From: Tubulanus polymorphus | Lineage: Eukaryota > Animalia > Nemertea | Direction of reading: 5' to 3' | Length of the DNA stretch: 64,000 nt | Assembly: GCF_964204645.1 (NCBI RefSeq) | Contig: NC_134030.1 | Location: 1,719,355-1,783,354, forward strand | In this document: positions 39,081 to 53,029 of the stretch, one piece after another | Position numbering within the stretch: position 1 is the stretch's first letter | Layout of the letters: every line of letters starts with the position of its first letter | Translations under genes and position numbers: made by a program | Notes under the pieces: model-generated | What the model saw: the letters and a program-made list of their open reading frames with translations, nothing else | The model's database searches: none | Told to the model about the DNA's origin: nothing

Positions 39081-39269
39081 TCGCAATAACCGCAATAAAA
39101 CGATAATCTGGAGTTGTAATAGTGTTGTGTATTTGCGTAGTGGATCAAGTGGAAGGATTTTAAGTGTATTTGGTGACTTTAATTCGTTCGCATCCAACAG
39201 AATCAACAAAGACATTACAAAAAACGACAAAAAATGATTGAATGAAAATGCATTGAATTTGGGTTTGAT

Positions 39270-40250
39270 GATCAAGATAATCACTGATCAAGATTGACAG
39301 TTATAATCCATAATTGTTGAACTTGATCAGAGATTTTCAAGATCGATTTTAAGGTGATTCAGAAGTTTAAATCTGATGTTTTAATCTCTGGGACTCAGAT
39401 ATTAAATCAATAGATTTTTACTGCTGAATGATCTTCATGTACAGATGAGCTACAATTGTTCTTAGTGTGTTCTGTTAAGACTGATTAAAGGGTGGAAAAA
39501 CTTGACTCAAATTCAAATTGAGTCGAGTTTTTCCAAGATAATCTCTGATCAAGATCGGCAGTTACTGGTATAATCCACAATTGTTGAACTTGATTGGTGA
39601 TTTTCAAGGTCTGTTTTAAGGTGATTCACAAGATTAAATCTGATGTTTTAATCTCTGGGTTCCAGATATTAAATCAATAGATTTTTACTGCTGAATGACC
39701 TTCGTGTTCAGATAAGCTACATTTGTTCCTAGTGTGCTGTTAAGAAAGGGTGGAAAAACTTGACCCAAATTCAAATTGAGTCGAGTTTTTCCAAGATGAT
39801 CTCTGATCAAGATCGGCAGTTATAATCCATAATTGTTGAACTTGATTGGAGATTTTCGAGAACTGTTTTTAAGGTGATTCAGAAGTGTGAATCTGATGTT
39901 TTAATCCCTGGGTTTCAGAGATTAAATCAATAGGTTTTAACTTCTGAATCACTTCGGGTTTTGGTAAGTTAAAGTGTTTCCTATTGTAATCTGTTAAACT
40001 GATTAAAGGGTGGAAAAACTTGATTCAAATTAATAATCTGAATCAAGTTTTCCAATGATAATCCGCGATCAAGTTCGGCAGTTATAATTCATAACTGTTG
40101 AACTCAATTCACAATTAAATGAACTGTTTTAAGGTGATTCAGAAGTATAAATCTGATGTTTTAATCTCTGGGTTTCAGAGATTAAATCAATAGGCTTTAC
40201 TTCTGAATCACTGTTAGGTTTTGATAAGTTGTAAGTTGTTCCTATTGTTT
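39270..40250. repeat. About 260-bp degenerate tandem repeat, 4 copies
   Basis: Recurring gatcaagatcggcagttataatccataattgttgaacttgat ... ttttaaggtgattcagaag ... aaagggtggaaaaacttga. Confidence 0.85.
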
Positions 40251-42228
40251 AATGAATTGGTAGAAATTCTATTTTTAGGTGACAGGTCAAATAGATTAGA
40301 ACAGTAATTTATGCAGAGGTTGAATTAATTTAATGTTTGATATACCAAAGAATGGTTTATTGTGAAGATTTAATTAAAATCTTAAATAAAGAGTTGTTCA
40401 ATTTCATAAATGTTTTGTTTTCGATGAAGTTTTTTCATTTTCTGGATTTGAGGAATTTGACTTTAAACACATCGGTGGATTCAGCACAGTTCTGTGGACA
40501 CAGTTTTGGGACCGAGACCTGGAGACACAGCTCAAGACCCAGTTACAAGTTCAACTGGACTCCATCCCAAAAAACCCTGGGCCCTTCAAACCTTTAAGTA
40601 AGATGCTCACTTACAGATTCATAAAATTGACCCTTATTATCTTGTCATCTGCAGCACCATCTCAGAGGCATTAAACCAAGAATTTCTTGTAATGTTCAAC
40701 AAATGTGAATTACATTAAGTAATTTTTGAGATCGACTTATTACCACCAGTATTGAGTTTTTTCTAAATCACAGTCTACTTATTTTATATTCATCCACGAT
40801 TTCATAGCTCTTTAACTATTCAACCCTTTCCCTGATGGGCCCTGGCCCCAATTGCTGAACCCAGTTCTCCAAGTCTAACTTCTGGGTTTAATGGTTTATC
40901 AGAGAATTAATGGATTAATTGGAAATAATCTAACAATCAATAAGGTTTAAAATTAATTATTTGACATATCGTAATTGATTTTGTTCGCCACAACGCCTTT
41001 CTCATCAGGATTATAGCATTTTACTTTCTATGGGTTTTTAAAGGTAAGTTTTCAAAGGAAAGACAGAATGTCCGAATATACGTCCGGATCCGCCTTTATA
41101 TGCCTCATTCCGATTCTGCTCATTTGCATATATTTTCAGCAAGTGGAAATTCCCCGAATTCCAAGATGGCGGCGACCATGATATATTAAATAACAACTAT
41201 TTTGGGCCAAATCAACGCTTTCTCAAGCTCAATATGAGATTTCCCGAGCGCAAATGTAACTTAAAAAGAAAATAATCCTGTTGGTTAGTTATATTTTTGA
41301 TAATTAAATTTATTTGCAAAGTTAAAGTGAAGTTCCAATGACAGATAGAAACGTTGAAAGACTGGGGTAGATTGAAACATGCCCTAGCCACTGGCCACTA
41401 TGAACAGTCCTAAACGTTTTGATCCAACTGCACCAGTTGAGGTCACTAACTGTGTGGCCCTTATTTAACAATAGTATGTACATATAAACACAAGGGCCCC
41501 CAAACTGCAGTTGCTCTGTTGGTTTTAAATCTGTATATAGTCATAGTCATTTTTGATCTTATCATCTGTTCTCCACCTTTTTGAGTGTGAGAGTTTTATG
41601 AACTGTTGTGAAGATTGAGGAAGTCGATAGAAAGAGATGAAAATTGTTTAAGTTGTTATCATGAAAATGACTGAGCTTACTATGTACAGTGTATACGACC
41701 CAGAGGGACATGGCTTATTATGAGAAACATTGAGGTTTTCATGAAAGTTCATGAATTTTGCATGAAAGTACAATGTTGGAAAATATATCCCCTATGTCAC
41801 ACTCCCTGATTCTTTTTCATTGCCCTCATTTCTCTGAAAGGCCCTTCAACTGAATCAGTCTCCAGTCGAAAAGGTTCCTCTTATAAGTTCAATTGTCTAT
41901 AACTGATGATGTGACGTGAAGAGTCTACAATTGAACAAATACCGCATTGAAATCAAATCTTCTCTATTTCAGGCATTACTTCTGGCATAAAACACTATTC
42001 AAGCAATGTAGGAGCATTTATAGGCGCAGCAGGAAGGAGGAGTTCAGGAGCAGCATCATATAGGAGTTGCACAGGAGCAGCATCATATGAGTAGTGCAGG
42101 AGCAGTGAGAGCTTCATAGGAGCAGCAAGACCAGCATCATAGATAGGAACAGTAGCTGAAGAAATGAAACAAGATAAGTAGCATTTGAAATATAGAAAAT
42201 AGAAAAGCTGTAGAATGTTTTCTATTGT

Positions 42229-45200
42229 AAAAATATTTTCAAATTCAGTCTGATTTGTGCCAGATTGTAACTGTAGAAGTTTCACTCATTGTTTCAGTCT
42301 AATAGAGTTATAACTGATGTACATGTAACATTGACTGTGTAACACTGCAGTCATTTCTTCAATTATTCCTCCTCAGTTGGAAGAATGTTTGTTCTCTCAT
42401 CTTCATTAGCGATAAGAATCAATCCCATCCGTCTACCAACAACATCGTCAAATTTCCACTTATCTAATCCTAGAGGGAATGAGTAGTATGAGGTTTGGGT
42501 ATGGAGTGGGACAGGGTATGGTGTAGTTGACAGTTAGGGTAGGATAGGGTAATGTGATGAGGTAAGGTCGGTCGGATGATGCAGGGTTATTTGATGTGGT
42601 TGGATTGGATGATGAGTTTGATATGGAACTGGTCGAGGTGGGTGTATGTGGTAGTGTACGGTGTGTATGTTCGGAGGGTGTATGATAACTGATTGAAAGG
42701 TTGCTGTTAGAGGTCAGTGCAGTAGTGATGCTGGTATAGTTTGTGTAAGGTAGGCGTCGGTGTACCGGGTTAAGTATAGGGTAAGGCATGGTCAGAGTAA
42801 TGTTACCGTAGAGGAAAAGTTATGTGGGGAAGGGTGTTTTTGTTTTCAGCCCACTTGAGACTTAAGTCTCAGCGGGCCGTTGCATTTTCTTTTCATCCGT
42901 TGTCCGTTTGTGTATCCGCAGACGGAATACAGTTATTTTTGGAGGTTTTTAAGTTTTCCAACGCCACTGCACATGTTCTCCAGGGGGTGTTGAGTATAGA
43001 ATTTTCAGATTGTCAGGAATTTCACCAAGTGTGCATTGGTGTCCCTGGACTCCCCAATTTTGAAATTAGGGTGAATTCTGTAGAATTCTAATGATTGGTT
43101 AAATGGGCATCACTCTTTATTGGAATTCTGTGCTTAAAATATTGAATACGAAAGTAAGAACAGACGTCGAAGCTGTCACTGTGGACAGTGAATCTATTTC
43201 TGATTTGTCTGGATGTGACGGCGCAGGTGGTGGCCATAACTTCGAGGTCACCTCTTAATCATTACATGTCCTTAGATGGATAGGACACAAGGGTAAATGA
43301 AAACATTCTTTAGGTTACTGCCAGGTTTTAGGGTATCGTACCAAGCCTTACCTTCCCGACCTTCTTCCCGCGCTAGCTATTCCAAAATCTCTATATGAGA
43401 TACATCGAGAACGATGCTATTGAAGATTGAATTCATCGATTCATTTTGGAATTGAAACTTGTTTCATGGAACAAATGTCACTGCAAATAAACAATATCAT
43501 CAAACAATGATTCTGATTGACTATAGTGAACTGCTGCCCTACTACTGGCTTTAAAAGCAATTATTGAGATAGATTCCAGTCCAGTTCAATTACTATATTT
43601 CCCATATAGACACTTACTGCCGGTTGGTACTGGTACATAGCCAGGAGAGACAGCCATAAGAAAAAGAAAGAATATGAGGAACATGAAGAGTGGGGGGTTT
43701 AGTCCACTGTCTGCCTAGCGGGTAGGCAGTGGTCTATTCCTACCTCGACTCAAAAAAAGAAAAAAGATATGAAGAGTGGGGTCCGAGAGCAATTCGAAGG
43801 TTTAGTCCCCTGTCCGCCTAGCGGGTAGGTAGTGGTCTATACCTACCTCGACTCAAAAAAAAAGGTGAGCTTAAAGCCACCAAGCACAAAAGTGGGGTCC
43901 GAAGGGTAGTCCTCTGCTGGCTTAGAGGGTGGGCAGTGGTCTATTCTTACCTCACGTGCTTAAAAATGTTCACAAAAATGGCTATTAAGAGAGAGAGTGA
44001 GAGAGAGGAGGTGCTAAGTTTCCTGTACTTGACTGGGTGTAAAGTGATCAATAATGGAAATCATTTACGGTAAACCTAGAGTTTACTAACAATGTATTTT
44101 GGGTTCAGAGTCTATTTCTCAACAGTTTGCTGTTAACAAGCTGGTAGTAGGGTAAAAACTACCGGTATTCAGAGATTTTTGAATCAGAAGTTTTGCCATC
44201 ATTTGCTTCATGAATCATTCACTTGTTAAAATGAATGATGTGACACACATGTAAAATACTGTTACTGATTTATCATTGTTTTGATGGTGTCTTAATGTTC
44301 AATATCTTGCAGGTATCATCTCCTTGCATTTCACATAGAATTGAGGAGTAGTTTTAGCGAATGGGAGGCATGGAGAGATTCGGCTCAAGATATCTCACTC
44401 ATTCGTTTAGGTTTAGTTTGAGATCATCTAATCAGCTTAAGTGTATACATCCTCGACTACTTTTCAACTAGTAGTTCATCGTAGGTTTTTGACATCACAT
44501 CCATAGCTCCTTCCACTGCTCGTGAATTTACAATTCATTCCTATCCGATGATGCTATTTATGATGGAATGTGTTAAAGTAGATGTCTATGTGTTTTCATC
44601 TTTTGGTAAATCGTGAAAAAATCTGGCTAATTTGAATCGAAAGCCATTGATTATTATCTTGCGCGGTAATGATGGAAAAATTCAAAATGCGAATAGCTGT
44701 GTGGAATAAGAGAATGTCTTGAAAGGATATGAGACATTGAGATGTGTAAAGGGAGACTGATTACACCTGTACTGTCCTAGCCCCTCCCCAGGCAGTCACC
44801 ACGTCGCCCCAACCAATTCTACCAAATCACCCTCACCTCAACAACATCAAAATCCCTTTCACTTCTCCTCTACCATTATTTTTACCATGCCAGCTACCTT
44901 ATTCCTAACCCTGCAAACCACACTCTACTCTACACAAACCATACCAACATCACAACTGTACCGTCCTCCAGCACCAACCTTTCTTCATTGTCAGACACCT
45001 CTCTAACTATACATCGTACACTACCACATACACCCACCTCGACCGGTTCTATAACAAGCTGATCATCTAATCCAGCCATATCAAACAACCCTGCATCATC
45101 CAACCTGACCTTACCTTACCACAATACCCTATCCTCCCCTAACATGTCAATCACACCATGCCCTGCCCCATTCCATACCCAAGCGCCATAACACTCATTC

Positions 45201-45450
45201 CCTCTATGATTGAATAAGATAGAAATGTTACAATGTTGTAGTTAGACGGATGGGATTGATTTTCTTTGCTAATGAAGATGAGAGAACAAACATTCTTCTA
45301 ACTGAGGAGGAATAAGTGAACAAACTACAGCGGTGTTACACACTCAATGTTACATGTACATCAGTCACATCTCAATTAGACTGAAACAATGAGTGAAACT
45401 TCTACAGTTACAATCTGACACAAATCAGACTGTGTCAGAAAACATTTTTT
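42229..45450. repeat. Diverged inverted duplication (arms about 42229-42790 and 44870-45450)
   Basis: cagtctgatttgtgccagattgtaactgtagaagtttcactcattgtttcagtctaat is the near reverse complement of 45376-45431; similarity extends about 560 bp. Confidence 0.85.
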
Positions 45451-45692
45451 CATTTAGCCCCACGTGCTGAGTGGATGATAGACATCATGAGACTCATCAA
45501 ATTTTGAGAAATTAGTTTAATTGAAAAATTAATTTAAGCAATGTCTGTTTTTGCATTTCAGAGGTTGATGTTACCTGAACATGCAGTTCTGAGCTGACTC
45601 CAGATCAGGTGAGCATATTTGCAGTGAAATTGGATAAAATCATGACATTTTCCAAGAGCTCTTATTAGTGGAATTTTATCTCTATAGCCCTT

Positions 45693-46060
45693 GATCCAAG
45701 TGCTGCCCAGTGAGACACTGTCTGGTGAACTCAACATCCAAGTGCTACAGAATCTACCCCCAGTGAGACACTGTCTGGTGAACTCAACATTCAAGTGCTG
45801 CAGAATCTACCTCCAGTGAGACACTGTCTGGTGAACTCAACATCCAAGTGCTACAGAATCTACCCCCAGTGAGACACTGTCTGGTGAACTCAACATCCAA
45901 GTGCTGCAGAATCTACCTCCAGTGAGACACTGTCTGGTGAACTCAACATCCAAGTGCTACAGAATCTACCCCCAGTGAGACACTGTCTGGTGAACTCAAC
46001 ATCCAAGTGCTGCAGAATCTACCCCCAGTGAGACACTGTCTGGTGAACTCAACATCCAAG
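45693..46060. repeat. 53-bp minisatellite, about 7 copies
   Basis: atccaagtgctrcagaatctaccyccagtgagacactgtctggtgaactcaac. Confidence 0.95.
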
Positions 46061-49000
46061 GAGATGATCTGTTAATTACACTCATGGTTGTGCTGGCTAC
46101 TGATATGGGAGGTATGTATCGTATCTGGAGCCAATTTCACTTTGATTCCAACAACTAATTTCTTATGATTCTCCATTTCATTTTCCATTAGAAGGAACTG
46201 TGTTATTATGATTTGTCTGAGTGTCCGTTAATGTTAGTTGAACTGTAACTCAGAGAAGTGAACCGTGGATGTGACAACTCCACACAGATGTCATGTATGT
46301 ATCTGGACAATTTTCATTATCAATGTCTTTCTGTTTTAGTTTTCCGCAGAAGAATCTGATAAATATAATGTTATGGACTTTGTGTTTTTCTTTTGAGCGT
46401 CTATCATCATTAGCTTATTTCATCATTAACAATTTTATTAATTTTTTCCTTCAGTTTAAAGAATCTGTTTAAGGAGATGATCTGTTAATTACACTCATGG
46501 TTGTGCTAGCTACTGATGAGTGGTATGTATCGTATATGGAGCCAATTTCTATTTGATTTCAACAACTAATTTCTTATGATTTTATTCAGTTTGTTTTCCT
46601 TCAGAAGAAACTTTGTTATTATCAATTGACTGAGCCTCCATCATTATTAGTTAAACTGTAACTGAGAGACATGAACCACGAATATCCTAACTCTTTAGTC
46701 AATGTGTATGTATCAGGACAACTTTCTGATTATCGATATCTTACCGTATGATTTTCCTGCAGAAGAATCTGATGAATATAATGTTATGGACTGAATGTGT
46801 TTTTCATTTTACTGTCCATCATCATTAGTTTAACTATAACTGAAGAGACCTGAACCAGGGATGTTATAATTCCAATGTTGATATATATGTATCACGACAA
46901 CTTTCGTTATCAATGATTTTCATTTTTCGAAATCTATGAAATACGGTAGATGTGTGATTGAATCTATATTGTTCTCATTTCAGAGTCTGCTACATACATG
47001 TGATACGTGCACAGAGAGACAAATTATATTAATTTTAAACACTTATCCCTTAGTTATCAATGATTTTCCATATTGTTTTAATCTGTTAGGAGAACTGAAC
47101 TCTGGTCCTGAACATGTTTCAACTCTTCTATCAATAAGTGGTTTGTATGGAAACAGAATTTCCTGCAATAGAATCTGATGAATAGATGTCATGATATTAT
47201 GTTATTCTCATTTCAGTGTCCATCATTATAAGTTGAACTGTACAGAAACCAATAGCTGAATTGAACTGATCTCCGCAGTCAATGGTTGCAGATGGCTACA
47301 GATACGAGTGGTATGTGTGTATGGACACAAATTCATTTTCAACAACTGATTTGTATTTTATATTCTGTAGAGGAATCTTTGAGAGATAGATGTTATAGAA
47401 TCTGTTATTTTCAGTGTTGATCAATGTTAGTTGAACTGTAATGAGTAGAACCAGTAGTTACTCCACAGTCAATGGTTTAGTCAGTTACAGACATACATAC
47501 AAATAGTCAGCAATAATTCCCTCAAGTGCTGTTCTGTTAAGACAATTTGTTGTAAGTAAACCCACAATGTACGTGTTGTGGTTTGTGTGTATGGAGACAA
47601 TTTCATTATTTTCATTATTTGTTAGGCAATGACAAATTGTCCATGGGATGACCGATTATCAGTAGATGACCAGGGAACAGTCTACATGTATGTATCGAGA
47701 CAATTTTCTGTTGTTTTGAGGAATCTATAAGAGATAAATGTTATAGAATCTGTTATTCTTATTTCAGTGTCCGTCATCATGAGTTGAAACAAATATCTGA
47801 TTTGAAGTGAACTCTGCAGTCATTCAACAGTTGAGGAGCCCTAACACATATATAAGTTACGTATTAGTGATATTTACCACTGACAGACAATTAAAACAAC
47901 TTGTATAATAATGATTCACTGTTTGTGAATGAACTTGTGAACAGTCGCTACTCCTTAATGCTATCAGTTACAGCCACCTTCTGATAAAATCTCTGTCTAA
48001 ACCTCTTGCATGATCATCTATATCTCAATTATAATATAATAAATACTAATCCTTCATTTTAACTCTCTTCTATTCTAATAAATTGTCAAAAGATGGTTGT
48101 CATTGATAGAATTAGGGACGCTATACAGCTGGCTAATTGTCATAATCTAAACCCTTTTTGTGTTCACTGCATACTCTGTGACCCTCCACTTGAATTTTAA
48201 TTGATTCAATTTCACCAACTTTTTATATTTTTTTTCATGTCAGCGTCAATCATTTTTACCTGCTGCAGGTAGAAATGAATCCACTGCTTGAGTGGCTATA
48301 AAAGTCGTTGGTGAAGACAAGTACACTCAATTGGAGACAATAATTTCTTTTAGATCTGACAGTGGTAGGAATTGTAACATTTTTATATATAAGGGGCACA
48401 TCTAGAAAATTGGAAGACACGTTTTAATTGATATCTGTTATTTTACGTGTTTCAGCTTCAAAATTATCCGAGTTCTACCAAATGAGATTATTCACCCATG
48501 AAGACTCGACTGATTCATACCCACATAAGGTAGTTGTACTTTCATTTTTATTAAACATTTCAATAATTAAAATTGGCGATATTAAGAAGAAAAAAGAAAT
48601 TCGTAAAAATTGCATTATTTAAAGTACTTAAAACCTATTCATAAATAACAATGCGGTACCGCTACATAACAGATGGCACCACTATACGGTCGTTGCTACT
48701 ACTAGACTGGTTACCTGTATAATAAGTACAATACAATGAATTTTATTCGCACGGTGACGTATGTATTGGCATTGAAGCGCTCACTTATAATTCTATTGTA
48801 TTGAATGTGGATACTATGTAGACCCAGAAAACCACGAAGGCTGCATTACGATTGCACCTTACACACAGGGCCACCTTCGGTTATCGGAGTCAGTCGACTT
48901 ATAATAGTCCCGAGTAACTCATGTCAAATGTCGGAAGTATATTCCGGAAATAGTTCGAAAATCAAGCGCATTCGGTTATTAGTTCCAACCACTAGTCGAC

Positions 49001-49094
49001 TAGCTACCGATTACCGAATTTGGCCCAGCCTGTCTAACTCTGGATTCGCAACTGGCAACCGAGTTAAGTGCTTCTCGCTAGCCAGGTTGCCGCT

Positions 49095-49197
49095 AAGCGG
49101 CCACCAGTCTATAATATTAACCCAATCACACGTTGTCTGTCACTCGCTGATTCGCTACGCATCTGATTGGCTAGATATATAGACTGGTGGCCGCTTG
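49095..49197. mobile_element. Short palindromic MITE-like element
   Basis: aagcggccaccagtctata ... tatagactggtggccgctt. Confidence 0.6.
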
Positions 49198-50415
49198 ACC
49201 ATTGAGGCAAGCGAGGATGGTTGCGTGACTTATCGAAATGTTCGCTTGCCACAGCAGGAATACCATCCAATGTAATAAGTGTTTATGTATTAATTGTAGG
49301 AATGCCTGGTGATGTAGATCAAGTTCACAGAAACTGAAAACAGAAAGAAACCTTGCGGAATCTATTGTGTATAAATAAATATATTTATTATCGTGTTGTG
49401 TTGTTTATTTTGAGCGATCTGTGGTGATTCAACCACTTGGTCCTCTCAAGTTTTTTCCCCATCCAAATTTTTGAATCCGTTTGCGCCGTTTTTACTGAAG
49501 TGATCTTTAAATTTGTATTGGTTCTAAAATTTAGACAGGTCTTAAATTCTTTCAGTTGCGGCCACCTCTCGACAAAAATCTATTGTACTAATCCTTAATA
49601 ACTTTTAATAACTTCTAATCGCATGCGTCGAAAGGTGGCTGTCATAGATGGAATTAGAGATATGATCGATGTCTAAGAGGAATACAATTGCGTTTAATTT
49701 GAAACTGCTAAACAGTTGCAGTAAGAGTTAAATAACGATCATCACTGTATCTATGCTTGTGATGCTTGTTCCACTCTCAGTAATTACAGAGCTGCCAACT
49801 GTTACTGATTTCCAGTATTAGTTAGTATTTTATAACGAGAAATACTGATCTGATTTGTGAAGGTCTTGCCGTTGATTACTGATTGATTGAACATTCCTTT
49901 CATATTTCAATGAAACCTTACTGAAAAAAATTCAATTTGCTACTGATAGGACTTTTCAAAGGTTGGCAGCCCTGTAGTTATCTTGGTCTCGCAACTTTAC
50001 CACCTCAGTACCGGCGACGCATCACTCGTAGTCCTCCCCTTCCATGCCGCGCATTTAGCTATCCTCGCTTGCCGCGTTTAATTGGATGCGTTGTTTTTGT
50101 ACCAATAAATGGGCGCCAATTTAAACCCCGGCAAGCGAGGATTTATTTGCCACCGTTTGCTCCAGTACTGTGCCATTGTCAGTTAGACTGGGTCTGAAAT
50201 GGTGGTGGCAAGCTGCATGTCTGGACTGCGCGACCAACATTTTCCGTTTCTACATCCGAAATCTACACGTTTTCTTGGCACGTGGTAATAAGAGTGTGGT
50301 TGGTTTTTGTTCGAACACGCCTCTGGTAGTACACTGGTTGCCAGTCTCTACTTTCCTGCTAGACTGGTTGCCTGACCCATTCAATATCAAATTGAAGATA
50401 GAGACCAGTAATCGG

Positions 50416-50738
50416 AGGCGTTTTTACGAGCATCCGATTTCGTGAACGATTTGCTCCGATCGTACGATCGAATCGAACGTTCGTAAAAATGACGATGGAT
50501 TTGGCTAATCACATGACATAAATATGGCGACGTTGAGGAAAAAAATGTATGGTTTTGAACTACCCGGTGCCGCCATCTTGGAAACCAAATCGCTCGCCGA
50601 GCGAGTTGGTCGATTTCAAAAATCGATCGGAAAATCGTGTTCGTAAAAACGCCGATCGTGAAATCGATCGCAAAAATCGGTGCTCGTAAATGCGTTCCTA
50701 CGATCGATCGCAAAAATCGAATGCTCGTAAAAACGCCT
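50416..50738. mobile_element. Harbinger-type MITE
   Basis: TIR aggcgtttttacgagcat / atgctcgtaaaaacgcct. Confidence 0.75.
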
Positions 50739-50841
50739 CAGTCTACCTTCCGGCAGGTGTAGACTGGTCGACTGTCTAATGCAGGTGGCGCAAAATTAGA
50801 CAGGCGACCAGTCTACATTTTCAAGTTTGACTTGTTGCCTA

Positions 50842-51248
50842 AGGCGCTTTTACGAAACTGAATCTTTGTAAATCGATTTAAGTTTCACATTTACGGCACG
50901 CGGTTTAGTGAATCGGATTTGGTAAATCAACTCGTTTATGGACGTGGTTTAGTAAACTGATTTATTAAATCGACTAACTTGCTCGGCGAGCGAGTTAGCG
51001 GCGATTTAGTCAGTGAAATCCAACATGGCGTCCTCTTCGACCGCGGGCTTAAGACATCTATCGCAGACCATCATCTATCAATAATTCGGTCACCATTGAC
51101 GCCCATTTTCTTTTGAATCGCGACCTTTAAATTGATAAATTGATTCGACTCATTTACGAAAAACGATTCGATTTACTAATCCTTACGTTTTCCAACATCG
51201 AATCGGAATTAGCTAAACCGAATCAGATTCAATTTCGTAAAAGCGCCT
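50842..51248. mobile_element. Harbinger-type MITE
   Basis: TIR aggcgcttttacgaaa / tttcgtaaaagcgcct, CTA duplication. Confidence 0.75.
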
Positions 51249-51454
51249 CTAACGTCATTCATCCTCATTTGCCAGGGGTCAAGTATCACCCCGAACTCGC
51301 TTCAACCAGCTTTAGCGCAGTGGGTTCGAATGCCTTGACGGGTGAAGATGAGTCGATGATGTTCAGAATAGTTTCCGGTGACCAATCTAATATCAACTGT
51401 CAGACTAGGCAACCAGTTTAAAGATCAAAATGGTAACCAAACTACACTACTGAT

Positions 51455-52105
51455 GCTTATTCGGAGTGGTCCTGATGCTGAATAGAGGATATACAGGGGT
51501 GTCCCGGGTTTGAAACCCAGTAATTACTGACACAGATTCAGAGTGTGATCCTGACGCTGAATAGAGGATGTACAGGGGTGTCCCGAGTTCGAACCAAGTA
51601 ATTACTGATACTGGATTCAGAGTGTGGTCCTGATGCTGAATAGAGGATGTACAGGGGTGTCCCGGGTTCGAACCTAGTAATTACTGACACAGATTCAGAG
51701 TGTGATCCTGACGCTGAATAGAGGATGTACAGGGGTGTCCCGGGTTCGAACCCAGTAATTACTGACACTGGATTCAGAGTGTGGTCCTGATGCTGAATAG
51801 AGGATGTACAGGGGTGTCCCGGGTTCGAACCTAGTAATTACTGACACAGATTCAGAGTGTGATCCTGACGCTGAATAGAGGATGTACAGGGGTGTCCCGA
51901 GTTCGAACCAAGTAATTACTGATACTGATTCAGAGTGTGGTCCTGACGCTGAATAGAGGATGTACAGGGGTGTCCCGGGTTCAACCCAGTAATTTCTGTG
52001 AACTGATTCAGAGTGTGGTCCTGATGCTGAATAGAGGATGAACAGGGGTGTCCCGGGTTCGAACCCAGTAATTACTGACACCGACTCGGAGTTGTCCTGA
52101 TGCAC
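51455..52105. repeat. About 78-bp minisatellite with Pol III B-box-like motif (array 1)
   Basis: gattcagagtgtggtcctgatgctgaatagaggatgtacaggggtgtcccgggttcgaacccagtaattactgacact. Confidence 0.95.
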
Positions 52106-52345
52106 TCAATATTCGGCTGCAGGTATAGCCTTGGGATACCCTTATTTATAAAAGTGTGATTATTTCAAAAGTTTGGTCGGGTATGTTGAATCATCAACTG
52201 AAGCGCTTCCATGATGTATTGAAGAACAAAATAAATATAAAAAGTAGGAGTGTTTTTGTTTTTGATCATCAATCAAAGTTATAATTTATTAATTTTCATA
52301 TATTACATGATGTGGAATCAGTAGTTTATCCACCGTGGAATCAGT

Positions 52346-52528
52346 TTATCCACTGTAATCGCGATTTCTGTATTTCTTATATCCTTCGGAATACCCGCGA
52401 CGAGCGAGATCACGAGCGATTTCTTCTTCAGTAGAATCATCAACTGCAGCTTTAGCGTTCACCATCGACCACAAACAGATCACTAACAACATGATTGGAA
52501 GTAAACTTCTCAACATTTTCATCACCAT
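52346..52528 (-). CDS. Secreted prepropeptide, copy 1 (60 aa; predicted mature GYSEGYKKYRNRDYS-amide)
   Basis: Hydrophobic signal (LLPIMLLVICLWSMVNA), acidic pro region DDSTEEE, RR site, terminal Gly. Acceptor just upstream (exon starts 52533), non-coding exons 52669-52730 and 52978-about 53000, TATAAA 53024-53029, AATAAA near 52285-52290. Confidence 0.8.
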   Translation of the reverse strand: MVMKMLRSLLPIMLLVICLWSMVNAKAAVDDSTEEEIARDLARRGYSEGYKKYRNRDYSG

Positions 52529-53023
52529 TGACGCTAAAAATGAGATTAAAGTGAACGTTTCATTATCATCGATATAATTGCTTAATTCTAGAGCCGGAAA
52601 ATTATTTGTACTTTTTAAACGTCACAAGATTGATTAATGTATAACGTGAAATTACAATCATAACTTACCGATCATTTTAACAGTTGTTTTTTTTCGACAA
52701 ATCACAGATTTATACGAGCAATTTACGAACCTAAAATAAAGATAAATACATCGGTGATGTTTGGACTGATTTTCAGCAGTCGTCACAAATATCCACTCAC
52801 ATCTCTAAACCAACATCTGGTTCTAGGTAAAATTAGCAGAATTAAACAGATACAAGTTTCTACAATATTCGTCAGAAATTTGAAATAATTTCTCGTAGAT
52901 TATATCTCTAGAAACAACAACTAAATCATCAGATCAATCTTGACTCAATGATTCATACAGCATCAAAATCAACTTACCTTCGAAACGATTCCGAGTCGAT
53001 GAAATGTTGATGAAACTGGTCGG

Positions 53024-53029
53024 TTTATA
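53024..53029 (-). promoter_or_regulatory. TATA box of peptide gene copy 1
   Basis: TATAAA about 25 bp upstream of an Inr-like TCA and a short first exon ending at a gtaagt donor (52977). Confidence 0.6.

Noticed and set aside
41972-42170. Gly/Ala/Ser-rich exon-like segment, and small exon-like pieces at 48270-48530
   Set aside because: In-frame stops or no consistent gene model.
51538-52105. ORFs with GFEPGTPLYILYS repeats, or a true tRNA gene array
   Set aside because: Translations of a minisatellite; no complete cloverleaf is visible.
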